A DNA stretch of 62,242 nt, filler included, from Choristocarpus tenellus KU-1152 (lineage: Eukaryota; Protista; Phaeophyceae): assembly GCA_964200185.2 (NCBI GenBank). It is 12 parts of 12 records of this genome, joined end to end, with 100 filler letters (N's around TTAATTAATTAA, not from the genome) between each part and the next. Parts side by side here need not be neighbours in the genome. Positions count along the whole stretch, not along the records: positions 42,693 to 47,343 come from CAXNAD020013633.1; positions 47,444 to 50,570 come from CAXNAD020022128.1; positions 50,671 to 55,879 come from CAXNAD020011498.1; positions 55,980 to 58,763 come from CAXNAD020024787.1; positions 58,864 to 62,242 come from CAXNAD020020430.1; 7 more parts are not named here. One strand, written 5' to 3'. The notes beneath the pieces are model-generated. The model had not been told where the DNA came from, did not search any database, and was given only the letters and a program-made list of their open reading frames with translations. Each line of letters begins with the position of its first letter. Within the stretch, counting starts at the first letter, position 1. The translations under genes and the position numbers were made by a program. Positions 46,551 to 59,329 of this stretch are shown here, in pieces.

Positions 46551-47479
46551 AGAGCAATCACAGATGGCATGAGAAATGAACTTTCCACAAATTGAGATGA
46601 TAAAAAGATAATAGATCCTCCGTCACTGAGACATATCTGTCATTACCTGGAAGAGTCCTGACATCGATCTAGTCCAATATAACCTTCAATTCCTTTTCTT
46701 GTCCAAGTACCAATAACCATCAAACCAACTGTCTTGCCACTTCACCTTCAAGACCACCTCATTGGCCACATCAGGAACAGGTATGCTGTTGTTCTCGTGT
46801 CTATGATTACCTTTAGCTATTGATACTTACCTAATCTTCCTCAAATCCCTCAGTACCTCCTTTGCAGCCCTTGAGCTTGCTTGCATCTGCTCCATAAACA
46901 TCTCTCCTCACCAGAAAGAGGCATGCTGTCCGTATACAGCAGCAACACTATAAACATCAAATAGTAGACCCTATATTCTCATTAAGAAATTTGATGATGA
47001 TAAGAAACTTTTGTAAACAAAAATCCAATTTCTTCTGTAAAATTAGGTTATGTTAGACAACACTTTCAGCAGACACACAAGCGTGTTGACATGGCATCAA
47101 CACTATATTGACTATATAATGTACGTACTACTCACGAGTATATAGTACAAGGAACGGAATCATGTGAAGGTTCCCATGGGATGCACAGTCAGCAGTGCTC
47201 CTGAGAAATGTGCTTTGGCATGGTATACACATTGCATACCCTCTGTAGAAAGAATCCTGAGAGATGATGGTGCATGTCTTGTCTAAATTAATTTATTTAC
47301 TCTCATGCTACCAAGCTCGGTGCGGACGAACCACTACCTGAACNNNNNNNNNNNNNNNNNNNNNNNNNNNNNNNNNNNNNNNNNNNNTTAATTAATTAAN
47401 NNNNNNNNNNNNNNNNNNNNNNNNNNNNNNNNNNNNNNNNNNNTAGCAGGCCTGTGGGTGTTGTGGTAGAGAGGCAGCT

Positions 47480-47634
47480 CGAGTCTACACCAGAGTGTCC
47501 ATTTGGACCAAAACCAGGAAAAGTGCACTTCCATTATCCATCCAACGTATGGAACCAAATCACCCAAGAATCGTGATATGAGCAAATTGACCCCAAATGG
47601 CCAGCCGCCACCCCCCCCCCAGATACTTTGAGCC
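47480..47634 (-). mobile_element. MITE family B, left end decayed
   Basis: CTACACCAGAGTGTCCATTTGG...CCCCAGATACTTTGAGCC. Confidence 0.85.
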
Positions 47635-50600
47635 ATTTCGAAACCCAACAGGCCTAGTACATTCTGGAATACACCCCCCAAAAACAGAGTTCGAAATTCG
47701 ATGGGGGTTATATTTCTTAGATGACTCAACTCTCTTGGGAGGGTACTTTAAATGACAACAGCCTCAGGTTTTCAAAAAACCCACTTTTCCACAATAATAA
47801 CAATATTGTTCGAAAACTTCAGGGGTTGAATTTTGTATGTTCTATGATGTATCATTAGCTCGTTATAAATCAAATGAAATGCAATTTTAGACCAGTAGGG
47901 CGCTTGATTCTATATTTATGTTCAACAGTTTTATCGTTATTTTCTGTAGGAGGGCGAAGCTTTTTTTAAAAACAGCACATGGGTAAGTTTTGTTTTGTTC
48001 TTTAAGCGAGGGAAGTTAGGTTCTATCGAATACTGTCAAGCATTAATTTAACCTGTTAGTAGGCTCATAGAGACACTGTTATTATATGTTCAATTCCGCC
48101 TGGTAACCAGCCCGAACCTTGGTCAGGGTCACTGCACTACTACTCCTGATTATTGTTGTAACTAAGGGTTACACTATTACAAATTGTATTCCTTCTTTTC
48201 GTCCCTTGCTTCTCATGTGTTGTGTTCAGCCGCCATCCCGTTGCTCATCACTTGCCCTCCTCCCTCGAATCTTGTGCCAGACCCACCTCGATGCTGCTCC
48301 ATATTGAACCCTTGTCACCTTGTTCATGGTCTCTGATTTTTTTCCTGATATATCACGACATACAGGAATGTCAAACAATATTTCAATATTTTAGGTGATG
48401 GATAGATTGAACCTCGACTGCCCGATAGTGAGCTGTTCCCTTACTTGACATCCTTGCTTGCCTTGTCGAGATATGTTTTCCCACTCCCTAGTGCTCCTCC
48501 TCATCTGATCTGGTTGTTTGTGGTCGCTAACTTGAGGACAACAAGATCCACATAACTGCTACACTATTTTTAGTACTTGAAGTGAAGAAGATATTGAAAT
48601 TGACGTTTGGACACTTCAAAGTGTGGGCAACGATGGGAGTAATAGAATCATGACTCTTAAAAGCGTTTGGTTGTAGGAAAATTTAATTCCAACGAATGAT
48701 GCAAGCCCTATTTAGCCTACTGAGCTGGTGCCCCCAGCATAAGCTACGTGACATGCCTGGAGATTGCAACTCGTGGAGTGACTGATACAATCTGTACTTG
48801 GTGTGCCTTCACTGCTGCCCCCTTATAAGTTAGAACCTCCACCCCACTACTACAACTCACTATACGGGTCTCCATCTCATTCAGCAATCACTTTGCCTGT
48901 GTGCCAAGGCCCCGAAGTTTTCCACTGCAAAGATGCTGACGTTAACCTTCCCTCCGTAATATTGAGTCTAATTATATGTGCGTAACAACTCAAACGACGC
49001 TTCATTCCTCACCATAGTGCCTAAAAACAACCAAACGCATTAGCCAGCCGGAATGGGTATAATTTCCAGTGTCGGTGTTTCTTGCTATCCTTGCCACAGC
49101 TTTTATTATCTATTCAACGGACGGGGGAGGTGCCTAACCCCAATCCTAACCCCTAATCCTAAAAAGCACCTTCCCAATCCGTCTGTTTCATAAAAACAAA
49201 TGCAGCGAGGCTAGTAAACCCACCGACATTGGTAATTGCGCTGGATTCACCAGCAACCACCCTGGATTGTGTTTGGGGGTCCCAAAAATCGTGTGTCTAA
49301 ATCATACGCACAAAAACAAATCCGACAAAGCTTCAATTTCTCCACAAAGCACAGTTCTTAACCGATTTTTACAATCTTTCACCAGGGGCAATCTGTGACG
49401 AGGTCTGGTTGAAAACCCTGACAGTCTTGGGCTAGCCCCATTTAGACATATTTCACTTCTGGCTCTATTTGCTTGAACTTCTGAAGATCCTGGTCTGTCC
49501 CATTAACATATTTCACTGTGACTGGCTGGTGGCCCAGTCCCGTCATGATTTCACACGTCGGACAACAAGTCAAACCCGATTTGTGTCGCACAAGTCAATT
49601 TCCGACAAATCAATAACCACTCCTGTCATAAATCTGAGTCATACATGTTGGGGCGCATCCTCATGAGTGAAAGATATATTTACTACTACTTGTGCTAGTT
49701 AACTCTTTCATTTGTGAATCCCAATCATTTGTACCCTTTCATATTTCTGAGAGTAGTGTGGACAAATATATCTTCCAACAACCCATGACATGTTGATGAA
49801 TCAACGGAACTGTGATTCGTACAAATTGTGCTAACAAGCACAAACGATTGTGGAGGGATTCAACTGAACGCATTCAGGGGATCATGTGCACTTGTTTTAC
49901 ATAGTGGAGTGGTACGGAAATATACTTGCACAAGTTTCGTAGAGGATGAGTATTACCAACAAATATTTGTGCATGTATTTGCATTGGGAGTAGTAGCAAT
50001 ATGGGAGTACTGGATGCCGATATACCACCTAATTTTGTCAACTAAATGACGCCCCAAGAGTTATCGAACCTAGGGACATGTCACCCAGCAAACAACTGGG
50101 GCTTCCACAACGTGCCGGGTAAGAAAGTGGGGTGATGCCATTTTTACTATCACAAAGCAAGTGAACAAAGCAGTGTATGTAATTTTATATAGTAGGAAGA
50201 ACGTATTTTTACAATTATTTGTCGGTCATAAATCGCAAGAAAAGCAAGCCTTGTATGGAAAGCATGTTTCTCTGTTCTTATACCGTTATTTACGTATGTC
50301 ATATACCGTTGTACCGTTGTACTGATTGAGGATCCTTGTCAAGCATCCATGATTCCACTGGCGGATCTTCCGTGAGAATGAAGCCAAGGAATCTCTTCAA
50401 GGGACCAATTCCACAGATTTGGGACTGCTCTTCATTCAGAGTTATCTAACATGAAAGATTCGCTTTGTTCTCATGTCTTGACGTTTGGTGATGATCCCCC
50501 TCTCTGAAGATGCTCATTACTCGTCAATTTTCCCTGCAAGTCCTTCAGGTCTTGCTCTTGTCCAACCTTANNNNNNNNNNNNNNNNNNNNNNNNNNNNNN

Positions 50601-50670
50601 NNNNNNNNNNNNNNTTAATTAATTAANNNNNNNNNNNNNNNNNNNNNNNNNNNNNNNNNNNNNNNNNNNN

Positions 50671-50696
50671 CCCCCTCCCCCCAGATAATTTGGGTC
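50671..50696 (+). mobile_element. MITE family B terminal fragment
   Basis: CCCCCAGATAATTTGGGTC at a contig start. Confidence 0.65.
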
Positions 50697-53249
50697 ATTT
50701 GTAGAACAAGGGTCTATGGTGCAGGTTAAACCCTTAGCCCTCATGCATGATGTATGCTTGCACACCCGTAGACTGCAGTGACTCTACTTCCTTTTTTTGT
50801 TATAATGGTTATCTATTGTACTGTAGTGATTGAAGCAGTCTACAGTAATGTTACATTGCCTGTACCAAAGCCTGCATAGTTTTTGTCATGTTGGCATTTG
50901 TTGTATGAAAATGTCATTAATTTCAAGAAAAGAGGTAAAACATAAAAAATGTATTCCTCCAGTAAGGGAGGAATTGTTGATATCTCGTCGCCATTTCGTC
51001 TGTCTAAACTTCGCTCTACTCTGGAAAGGAACAACGGAACTTTTGTTCCTGAGAATAAGATTTGTTTTGCAGAAATAATTTGAAAGTAGGAATTCATGAT
51101 ATCAGGGTGGGATGTTGAATTTCGGTTACACCAATGCCGCTGGTTTTTGTATGCTCCTTCTCAGGACCCTCTGCGTTGCTGATGTATCCGAAGACAACTA
51201 CTCTGATGGTGTAAATAATCAGAACATAGCAAAACATAAAAAATATTACAACTTTCATTTTTTGCAATGCGAACCAAAGATCGCTTTTTGCTTCTTGGAG
51301 TGGCATGCAGAAACCTTTTTCTTTTTTTTGTGCCATTTTGGATGCACAATTTTTGGTACCTTGAAAAAAAATCCATGAGGTGCGTACCTTATTTTTGGGT
51401 AGGCGGGGGTACCTGTGGATGTTGTCGTGCCTTCCATTGTACAATGGCAAGCAGTGGAATCTATTTTCCTTCCCAGATTCGGTAACTGGTAGCATTGTTT
51501 GCGGGTCTTACCCTTGATTGCAACAGATGCACGGGGTTGATGAGTATTGTTCAGGGACATTTTACTTGGTTTGCTCTCATTTGCCTCCGTGAAAGATATT
51601 TGTTAGGAGTCTCTGGTACTGCTTGCCCCTTTCCTCACACCCTTTGTTCTCAGTGTGATGTGGTCTGTGTAGCACTGTGTTATAAAAGTGGGTTTGTAGG
51701 CAATTACACCAACAAGACGACTTTGAAACCTGCTTCCTGTCATTCCAAGCGGTTAATGTGAGGTTGCTGTCCAAGGTCTATGTGGGTGTCATGAGGGTAA
51801 GGACTTTCATTGATCAGACCTTCCGAAGCATGGAAAACAATGGCAACTGAAAGATACAAACACTTGACCTGGTCAAGAGAACTTGGAGCGAACCACACAG
51901 GACCACTTTCAGAGCGGTTTGAAGCCCCCAAAATGGATTTGAGACTGTCCTATCAGTCCAATCTTTGCAGGATGTCAACAGGTTACACTGCTCACAACAT
52001 TTGCAGCAAGACACTGGAGGTTCGGAGCAATTTTAAGGATACAAAACGTGTTGTAACTGCTTCACCAGTCCAACGGTTGTAGAATACCAACGCAAGGTTC
52101 AAAAAGGAACACTTGCAATGAAGCACACAGTTGGGGGTCTCAAAGGGGTTTCAAGGATACAAAACAGTTAAACGACCATTCCACCTTTCTAAAGGGTTGC
52201 ATTTTGAGGATCTCGAGAAAGGGTAAAATGATGCCATTTTGTACAATTGCAGAAAGAGCCATTGCTGAATTGTCGTGTCATCTTGTGGTTGGAAAGGGGG
52301 AATATCAATTTGTGTACACTACAGTGCACGTAAACCAATATTATGGAGTGCATTGTGTAGGATTGGAAAGACGGCTTCGAATGCCAAAGGGATCCAATGC
52401 AACTAACCACGTCTTCATCGGAGGCCTTGTTGAGATATTATGGCCGATTAACCAGCATTTCCAGCCATTTTTGGTATGTTTTGCTGTTTTTGCCTAATCT
52501 GCCATTTCCGAGAAAAAACGAATGTTTTAAGGGGCCAGTTTCTCAACCATTTCGAACTGAAAAATTATTTTGAAGATATTTCTGTGCAAGCTCAAGTTGT
52601 TGGCTATCAAACGATATTGTTTGTAGTTTCTGAATCTCACATTTCAACATGTTACTCACAAAAAACCTTCAAAGCCCAGACTTACGGGACAGAGGGAGTA
52701 TATTGTTACTTCCTCTGACATTTTGTAGATGTGTCGGGGAAAAGACAATTCAATATCTCAATATCATAAGGACTCCTGTTGTTGAGAAACAATTGTTGTA
52801 AACGTGAAGGATACCTCTCCAAATCTATTTACTATTGGACTACCAGCTATGCTACCCCATTCCCCTGCTATGCCTCCAACCTACCTTAGCCTACACCACA
52901 GAGCGAGGAGTTAGGGAAGTATCCCAAGAATCTGATAGACCCCTCATTGCCCATCTCCCTGGTGTCTCCAGCCTAAAATGCATGACACACTGTAGTTGAG
53001 CCACTTGTGTATTGATGGACACTATCTGTCGTAAACGGGAATATTGTACATTATTGTAGGATACAATAAACAAAGGGGCGTTAAGGGCATCTTCCGTATA
53101 TATTCACAATTAAACATATAGTTACTTTTTACAGGGATCCTTACGACATTGAATTGCCCTTTTCCCTGACACATCTCCAAAATGTCAGAGGACAAAATAT
53201 TATATAATTAATATAGTAAGTCATGTTTGACTGAAGAATTATTTTACTT

Positions 53250-53930
53250 CCTGTTCGTTGGGACCATCCTCCAAAATCTTCACCGTTATAAGTGCAGATA
53301 ATGTGTGCTTCGAAGGCCTGATGGCATGGCAACGTCTGCGATGAACTCTTGAGTGTGTCTGTTGTATCACTTTCTTTTGGAGGAAGCTGATCCGCCCCAT
53401 CCAGGTGTTGTCGTAAACGAAGACCATTGGGTAGTGCTTCCAAGACTAGGTACCCTCACGAGTCCAGTGATGATTACAAATACGTGAACCAACTTTTCGA
53501 TACTCCAGTCTCGGTTAATTTCGGCATGTATGATGGTATGTTTTGGCTCCGAAGCACCCTTTGCAAGGCCTTCACTTGCCCGTCAGAGTGACGTCGGCTG
53601 TCTTTGCTGTTTCCCTGGTCACCTCCTTGTGTGGATGTCCCAACAACCCGTGCATTTCCATGATGTCACGCTTCTACAAAGGCATGGTGGCTAGCGCAGT
53701 CACCTGCACTGTGCGCCGTTGTTGGGCCGTCATCTGGTAGAATGCCAAGCTGATCTTGTTGAACCTGCAAACATTTTTATTGCTTCATAGGAACACTTTT
53801 GTCGGGGTAGATGATGATTGACTTGCCAGATATTGTGAACGCCTGACTAGCCGAGACCAGCTTGCCGCCCAGTTCAGATACATTGGCAGCCTTCAGCAGA
53901 GTGGCAGTCCTATCTTCATTATGTTGCTGT
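53250..53930 (-). mobile_element. Ty1/copia remnant (pre-integrase/integrase)
   Basis: MHGLLGHPHKEVTRETAK...RPCKGC (HHCC zinc finger), HYPMVFVYDNTWMGRISFLQKK, IICTYNGEDFGG (~IRTDNGGEF). Confidence 0.75.
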
Positions 53931-53944
53931 ACCAAAATCTTTCC

Positions 53945-54435
53945 ATTTAAAAAAAAATCCAATTATATCAGCGATTTGTATTTTTTAAGATACCAATCAC
54001 ATAATTAGTTGTTATTGTACATTGCCNNNNNNNNNNTTGATCCTCGGGCGATCGGTGGGACCACCCTGAGATCCCACCGATCCTGAAAATCCGAGCGTTA
54101 CATTTTTCGGAAGTTGTAAATCACATTATATCTGTGATTTCTATTTTTAATAAATCTAATTATATCAGTGATTTGTATCTTTTAAGATACCGATCAATAA
54201 TTAATTGCTATTGTACATTTCCAATGTTCCGAAATCAACTTTGTTTGATCCTCGGGCGATTGGTGGGACGACCCTGAGATCCCATCGATCCCGAAAATCC
54301 ATGCGTTACATTTTTGGGAAGTTGTAGATCAGATAATATCTGTGATTTCTATTAAAAAAAATAAAATAATATCAGTAGTGATTTGTATTTTCAAGATACC
54401 AATCACATACTTAATTGATCTTGTATGTTTCCAAT
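53945..54435. repeat. Tandem repeat, ~200-bp unit, about 2.4 copies
   Basis: ATATCAG(C/T)GATTTGTA..TTAAGATACC and TTGATCCTCGGGCGAT.GGTGGGAC recur. Confidence 0.85.
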
Positions 54436-55839
54436 TTACAGTAACCAAAACGTCAAAAAACAACCCTTACCCTCTACGTATTTGAAGTACAAAATCTTAG
54501 GGTTAGGGACATAGCGATTGCCGTAAACGTACAAGTCGATAATAAGTGACTCTTTACGAAAAAGTGTACACCACAAACCACTTTTAAGGGTTAGGCCACC
54601 CTAAACGTGCGTTAGGGTTTAAAAAAATACTTAATTCACTGAAAACCGTGCTTAGTTTAAAAAAAAATACCAAGAACGCACTTTAGGGGTCTCACACGTT
54701 TCCAACTTTCAGAAAACCTAAGAAGTCTTTCCAACTGGTACCCACTATTTAAATAAACCCTAAATCCGCTTTTGGCGTCTTTAGGGTTTAAATAAACACT
54801 AGATAACATAAAAAAGCGGATCTATGTTATTCGCGGTTACTGGTATACACTATTACCGTTGAACACTCAGAACACGTGCGTTAGGGTTTTTCCAAAAGTA
54901 GGATGATATTCTAATCTTTACACCAACAAATAGATCTCCCCACTTGCTAGTCCAATTAACAAGGCACTTATCTGAAAAGTCGATTTTTTTCAATAGCACA
55001 CCAACACGGGAAAGCTATACTACTTACTGCAGTACAACTACCACCACGACTACCACTACGTACTTTATTATGGACCATATTTTTCAGGGCAGTGAAGAAA
55101 ATGTCCTATTCAATCTCTGAAAATAACATGGTATGTACAAATGAAGAGAAATATTTTTTCTGTAACACCTTCCAAGGTAAAATAATTCTGTTGTCATTTT
55201 CCAGAACTAACTGTAGAGCCCTCTCTAGAACTAGAGCTTTAGAAAGCTCCATCATTAGACTCAAGTGTTCCAACGTTGTGTCAACATTGCAATTAGAAAT
55301 ATCGATAGTGATGAGATTAAATATAATATTGAGTAGTAACCATTGTGAGGCTTCTCCTTGTACAATGCAGCTTTTACATAGCACGTTGATCGGCTGAAAC
55401 AAATGCATATTGGTCACTTCGATTGGATCATTCCTATATCTTAGGAGATAACAGACATTTGAGTGTTGTTCGAGCAGTCTGACCAAAGCCATAATTCTTT
55501 TCACTAGTCACACTTGAAACGAGAAATTTCGTAACATTTGATATAACGAAAAACACTATTGGGACAACACAGTGTGATAGATAAGGCTTTCTGATAGTGA
55601 ATTTCACTAATATTATTAGAATGTTTGCACAAACGCTGCTATACACTATAGAATAGTAAGGAGGTTATCAAGTCTTTATGACTATATATTTTTTTTCATC
55701 TTTTCTTTTTCTTATACAAAAAAGTTTGTTTCTGAAGGAAGATACATGAAATAATTTGGCTTGCAAATTCTATGATGTCATCTACCATCAGACTTGACGT
55801 GGAGAACAATAACATACCATATATTATACTGTAGTATAT

Positions 55840-55879
55840 GGCTCAAAGTATCTGGGAGGGGGTGGCGGCTGTCCATTTG
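55840..55879 (+). mobile_element. MITE family B short arm at a contig end
   Basis: GGCTCAAAGTATCT-17 nt-GTCCATTTG. Confidence 0.85.
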
Positions 55880-55979
55880 NNNNNNNNNNNNNNNNNNNNN
55901 NNNNNNNNNNNNNNNNNNNNNNNTTAATTAATTAANNNNNNNNNNNNNNNNNNNNNNNNNNNNNNNNNNNNNNNNNNNN

Positions 55980-56044
55980 GTGGGAAGCCAAGCCCCAAAT
56001 GGACAAACAGGGCAAAACTCGTACCCTCTACGATACTTTCACTC
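55980..56044 (+). mobile_element. MITE family A long arm at a contig start
   Basis: CCCCAAATGGACAAACAGGGCAAAACTCGTACCCTCTACGATACTTTCACTC. Confidence 0.88.
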
Positions 56045-56348
56045 CATCCCTTTCTCCTTCCCCACGTGGATCGCCACCTATTCTTCTAACATTGCGTCTT
56101 CTATGGGGTTGAAAGTTCACAAGCGCACGTGCGTCTCACCCACGTTTCTTTCGCGCCTGCCTCAAAATTAACTTGCTTGCATTCCACCTTCAGGTTCTCA
56201 CGTGCTATCAAAGGGAAGAACATCTTCACAAGAACACAGCTGGGTGAAGAGCTGCAGGGCTCTTACACGGAGGTTCCAGTCTACTGCAAGACCCTACGAA
56301 ACGAGGGCAACTTCAAGGGACTCCTTCGCGGTCGTGTCAACCGTGTTC

Positions 56349-56528
56349 GACCCAAAGTATCTAGGAGGGGGGGCGGGTCTACACTAGGGTGTCCATTTGG
56401 GGCAAAAATCAGGAAAAGTGTATTTACAGTAACCATCCGACGATTGCAACCAAATCACCCAAAAATCGCGACCTGAAAAAGTTGACGCCAAATGGACAGC
56501 CACCACCCCCTCCCAGATACTTTGAGCC
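56349..56528 (-). mobile_element. MITE family B, full copy in an exon
   Basis: Both ends; 3-bp TSD TTC. Confidence 0.92.
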
Positions 56529-58184
56529 TTCCCAACATCACGAGGTACAGGGCCTTTCGCGTTGAAAAAGGCGGTGATGGGCGGGTTAAGGTTAGCGTAA
56601 AGCAATACATGCACAGCACCGCATGGAATGGGATAGGCACCAACGTTGTTATCGACCCCAACGCCCCTCCGCACGACCTCTTCATCGGCCACCCGCCTCG
56701 TCTCCAAGATGCACCCCCCTACCAGCTCAAGAGTGTTCCCAAAGACGTCATCCTGAAGGTGGAGCAGCGGTACCAGGCGTCGCACAAGTGCCTCGCTGCT
56801 GCATACCCACTGGGTAAGTCGAACATTTCGTGAGGAGAGTTGATGGCCAATTTTTGTATTCGGTGGCAGCCAAAAAAATCTGGTGCAAATTCTGTACGAG
56901 GCAGCCTTTACAGCCTTTACAAAAACAACCTAGAAAAATATTCCATTCTCATGCGTAGTGATCGTTGCGTGTCACGATAAACAAGTACTATAGATTACCT
57001 GCGATAATTTTTTTGAGGGTACCGGTCTTGTACTCAACAGCAACGAATCCGACGAAATCTACACCCTCCCTCTTACTACATGCTCCCCGAGCGCCTTCGT
57101 GCAACCTTACAGCTGATTACAAAGTCACACTCATATTTCCATACCGTTGATGTTCTCGTACTCATGCCATCCACCTTCACAGACGATGAAGCCGTTCAGA
57201 GAGCGAAACACAAGCAAAGTGAGTCTGTGCGGCTTCTCAAAAAGATGGAGGAACGAGAGTTCGACCTTCCAGTCCATTGGCTTCCCACCGATGATGATGG
57301 CGCTGGAACTGGTACCAGCGACATTGAAGACACCGACGAGGGGAAACGTTCAGGTGGGGGAGGTAATCTCATCAGTGGTGACAATGATCTCAGCGGGCTT
57401 GAGGAAACAGACTCTTCCTCATCAGACAGTGACACGGAAGAAGCTGGCTTCCGTCGACGGGGTTGGCCTCGTGCTACCTTGACATCGGCGAACGATCGAA
57501 ACCTTGTCACCGTGCAGGAAGGCAGGTTTGCCTTTTTTGTGGCAACGGAAGCGCCGCTCTTGGTCGGCAAGATCCTAGCGGAGCGCGTCGGCGACGACAG
57601 GGAGTGTGGGGTGCATCTTCACTGGCTTCGGCCGACCAGTGACCACACACGTGACAACGACGCGTTTCTGACCCTTGAAAAGTACGGGAAAAGTACTTTT
57701 GTCGAAGGCTTCATACACGCTGGTGATAGATCCGGACGAACTGGGAAACCGAAGCGGGTTAAAGATGTAAGCTGGGAACCCGTGGACGGTATTGTTTCGA
57801 CGTGCGACATACTTGTTGGGAACGGCAAAAAGATTCCTACCAAGGTGTTGACAGTTCTACGGTCTGTTATCAAGGCGAGGGAAAGGTGGGGCTTTGTGGG
57901 AGAAGGACAGAAGACAAAATTCAAGGGACGAGGAGAGGAGAGGGAGGGGGAGAATGGAGACGAAAAGGAGGACAACACCGACGATGACAAGGAGGACGAC
58001 GAGGACGACGAGGACGATGAAGAGAAGGAGGACCCCGGTACAGGGGAGGGGAGGGGGGCATCTTCCGGTGCAGGTGCATGTACGGGGATGCCCTTGCAGA
58101 CAGCCGTGGAAGGACCAGTCCTTGAAGCAGATACAGGACGGAGCAGTACGGTGGCACAGAAGAGACCGCACCCTACCACGCAAA

Positions 58185-58444
58185 GAGCCAAAGTATCTTA
58201 GAGGGTACAGCCACGTCCATTTGGGGGCCAAGTTCCAAAGTTGCGATTTCGATTTAATTTTGAATATCTTGTTTCTTGGGAAGTGTCAATATCCTTGTTC
58301 TGGACACGCTCTTTCACAACGTACACATTTTACCTACTGCACAAACATTTTGGAGTAGAAAAATGCCAAAACAAAATCCATGAGAAGCCAAGCCCCAAAC
58401 GGACAAACAGGGCAAAACTCGTACCCTCTAAGATACTATCACAC
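58185..58444 (+). mobile_element. MITE family A, full copy in an exon
   Basis: Both ends; 3-bp TSD AAA. Confidence 0.9.
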
Positions 58445-59329
58445 AAAAGCTGGAGCCAAACACGCGGGTTAGGTTAACCACTGCACACTTTTGTCCCCAT
58501 CGCAGTGCTAGGGAAATGTAGAGATGCCGGATTAGCAAGCATGTGGCAGATGTTCGTGTAAGTAAAGTATACCTCGTAGGCCTCTTGGAGAATGAGCGGT
58601 GTGTATTGAGAGCCGAGTACGCATATTTGTTGTGGCGGATAGTAATAACTGCCGCGGGCGATGGCGGCGACAACATGTGTTTAGTTTAATCCAAGATGAT
58701 GCTTTCAGAGCGTTCCAAGCAGCATGTTGTTGTTGCGATACATAGTAGAAGGGGGTTTTGGTTNNNNNNNNNNNNNNNNNNNNNNNNNNNNNNNNNNNNN
58801 NNNNNNNTTAATTAATTAANNNNNNNNNNNNNNNNNNNNNNNNNNNNNNNNNNNNNNNNNNNNTATTTTGTAACTTTTGAAGGTCTAGTTCAAAAGAAAC
58901 AAGTGTATACTCGGAGTAGGCCAGACAATTTAATGGAGATTGCATTGTGTGACCTTATGGACACCTTGAAGGGAACGTGGATAAATTAATCACACTTGTG
59001 ATTAGAGTGATTGGAACTGGGGACCCATTCATTGTAGGCCAGGTCAGAGATATTTGCTTTGTAAATTTTGAAGGTATGTTTCAGAAAGAACAAACGTATA
59101 CTCAGACTAGGCCAGGGGCAATCTGACTATAATGGTGTTCTGTGAACCTTGGGAAAGTTTTCCCAGGTTAAACAAGGATATTTGTTGACCTTTTGGGGGG
59201 GCTAGTTGGAGTTATATATTTTTCGTAATAAAAGTATATACTCTTATCTGGTCAGACATATATTGATCTTGACTATGCCTTACGACTTTTGAGGATCCGT
59301 TCACAAAGGAAAGGAGGGGATTGTTGATC

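Larger units (their letters stand above)
56194..58521 (+). pseudogene. Spliced gene, C-terminal part of a probable Sola-like (DUF7869-type) DNA transposase, disrupted by MITE-B and MITE-A
   Basis: Exon 56194-56813 (RFSRAIKGKNIFTRTQLGEELQGSY...GNFKGLL...PNITRYRAFRVEKGGDGRVKVSVKQYM), GTAAGT...CAG intron 56814-57182, exon 57183-58521. Removing each MITE plus one TSD restores a stop-free frame. The family assignment rests on remembered motif resemblance. Confidence 0.6.

Noticed and set aside
47640-52900. Short ORFs in this interval
   Set aside because: No recognisable motif or consistent exon chain, so left uncalled.
56349-56528. MITEs acting as introners (self-contained introns)
   Set aside because: The ends do not give GT/GC..AG boundaries, copies in host genes lie inside existing introns, and this exonic copy introduces an in-frame stop.
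57619-58231. Long minus-strand Ser/Arg-rich ORFs
   Set aside because: Antisense shadows of the acidic plus-strand exon.
6206-58863. Recurrent TTAATTAATTAA palindrome between N runs
   Set aside because: Fixed 100-bp assembly linker, not biological; it also voids linkage arguments across it.
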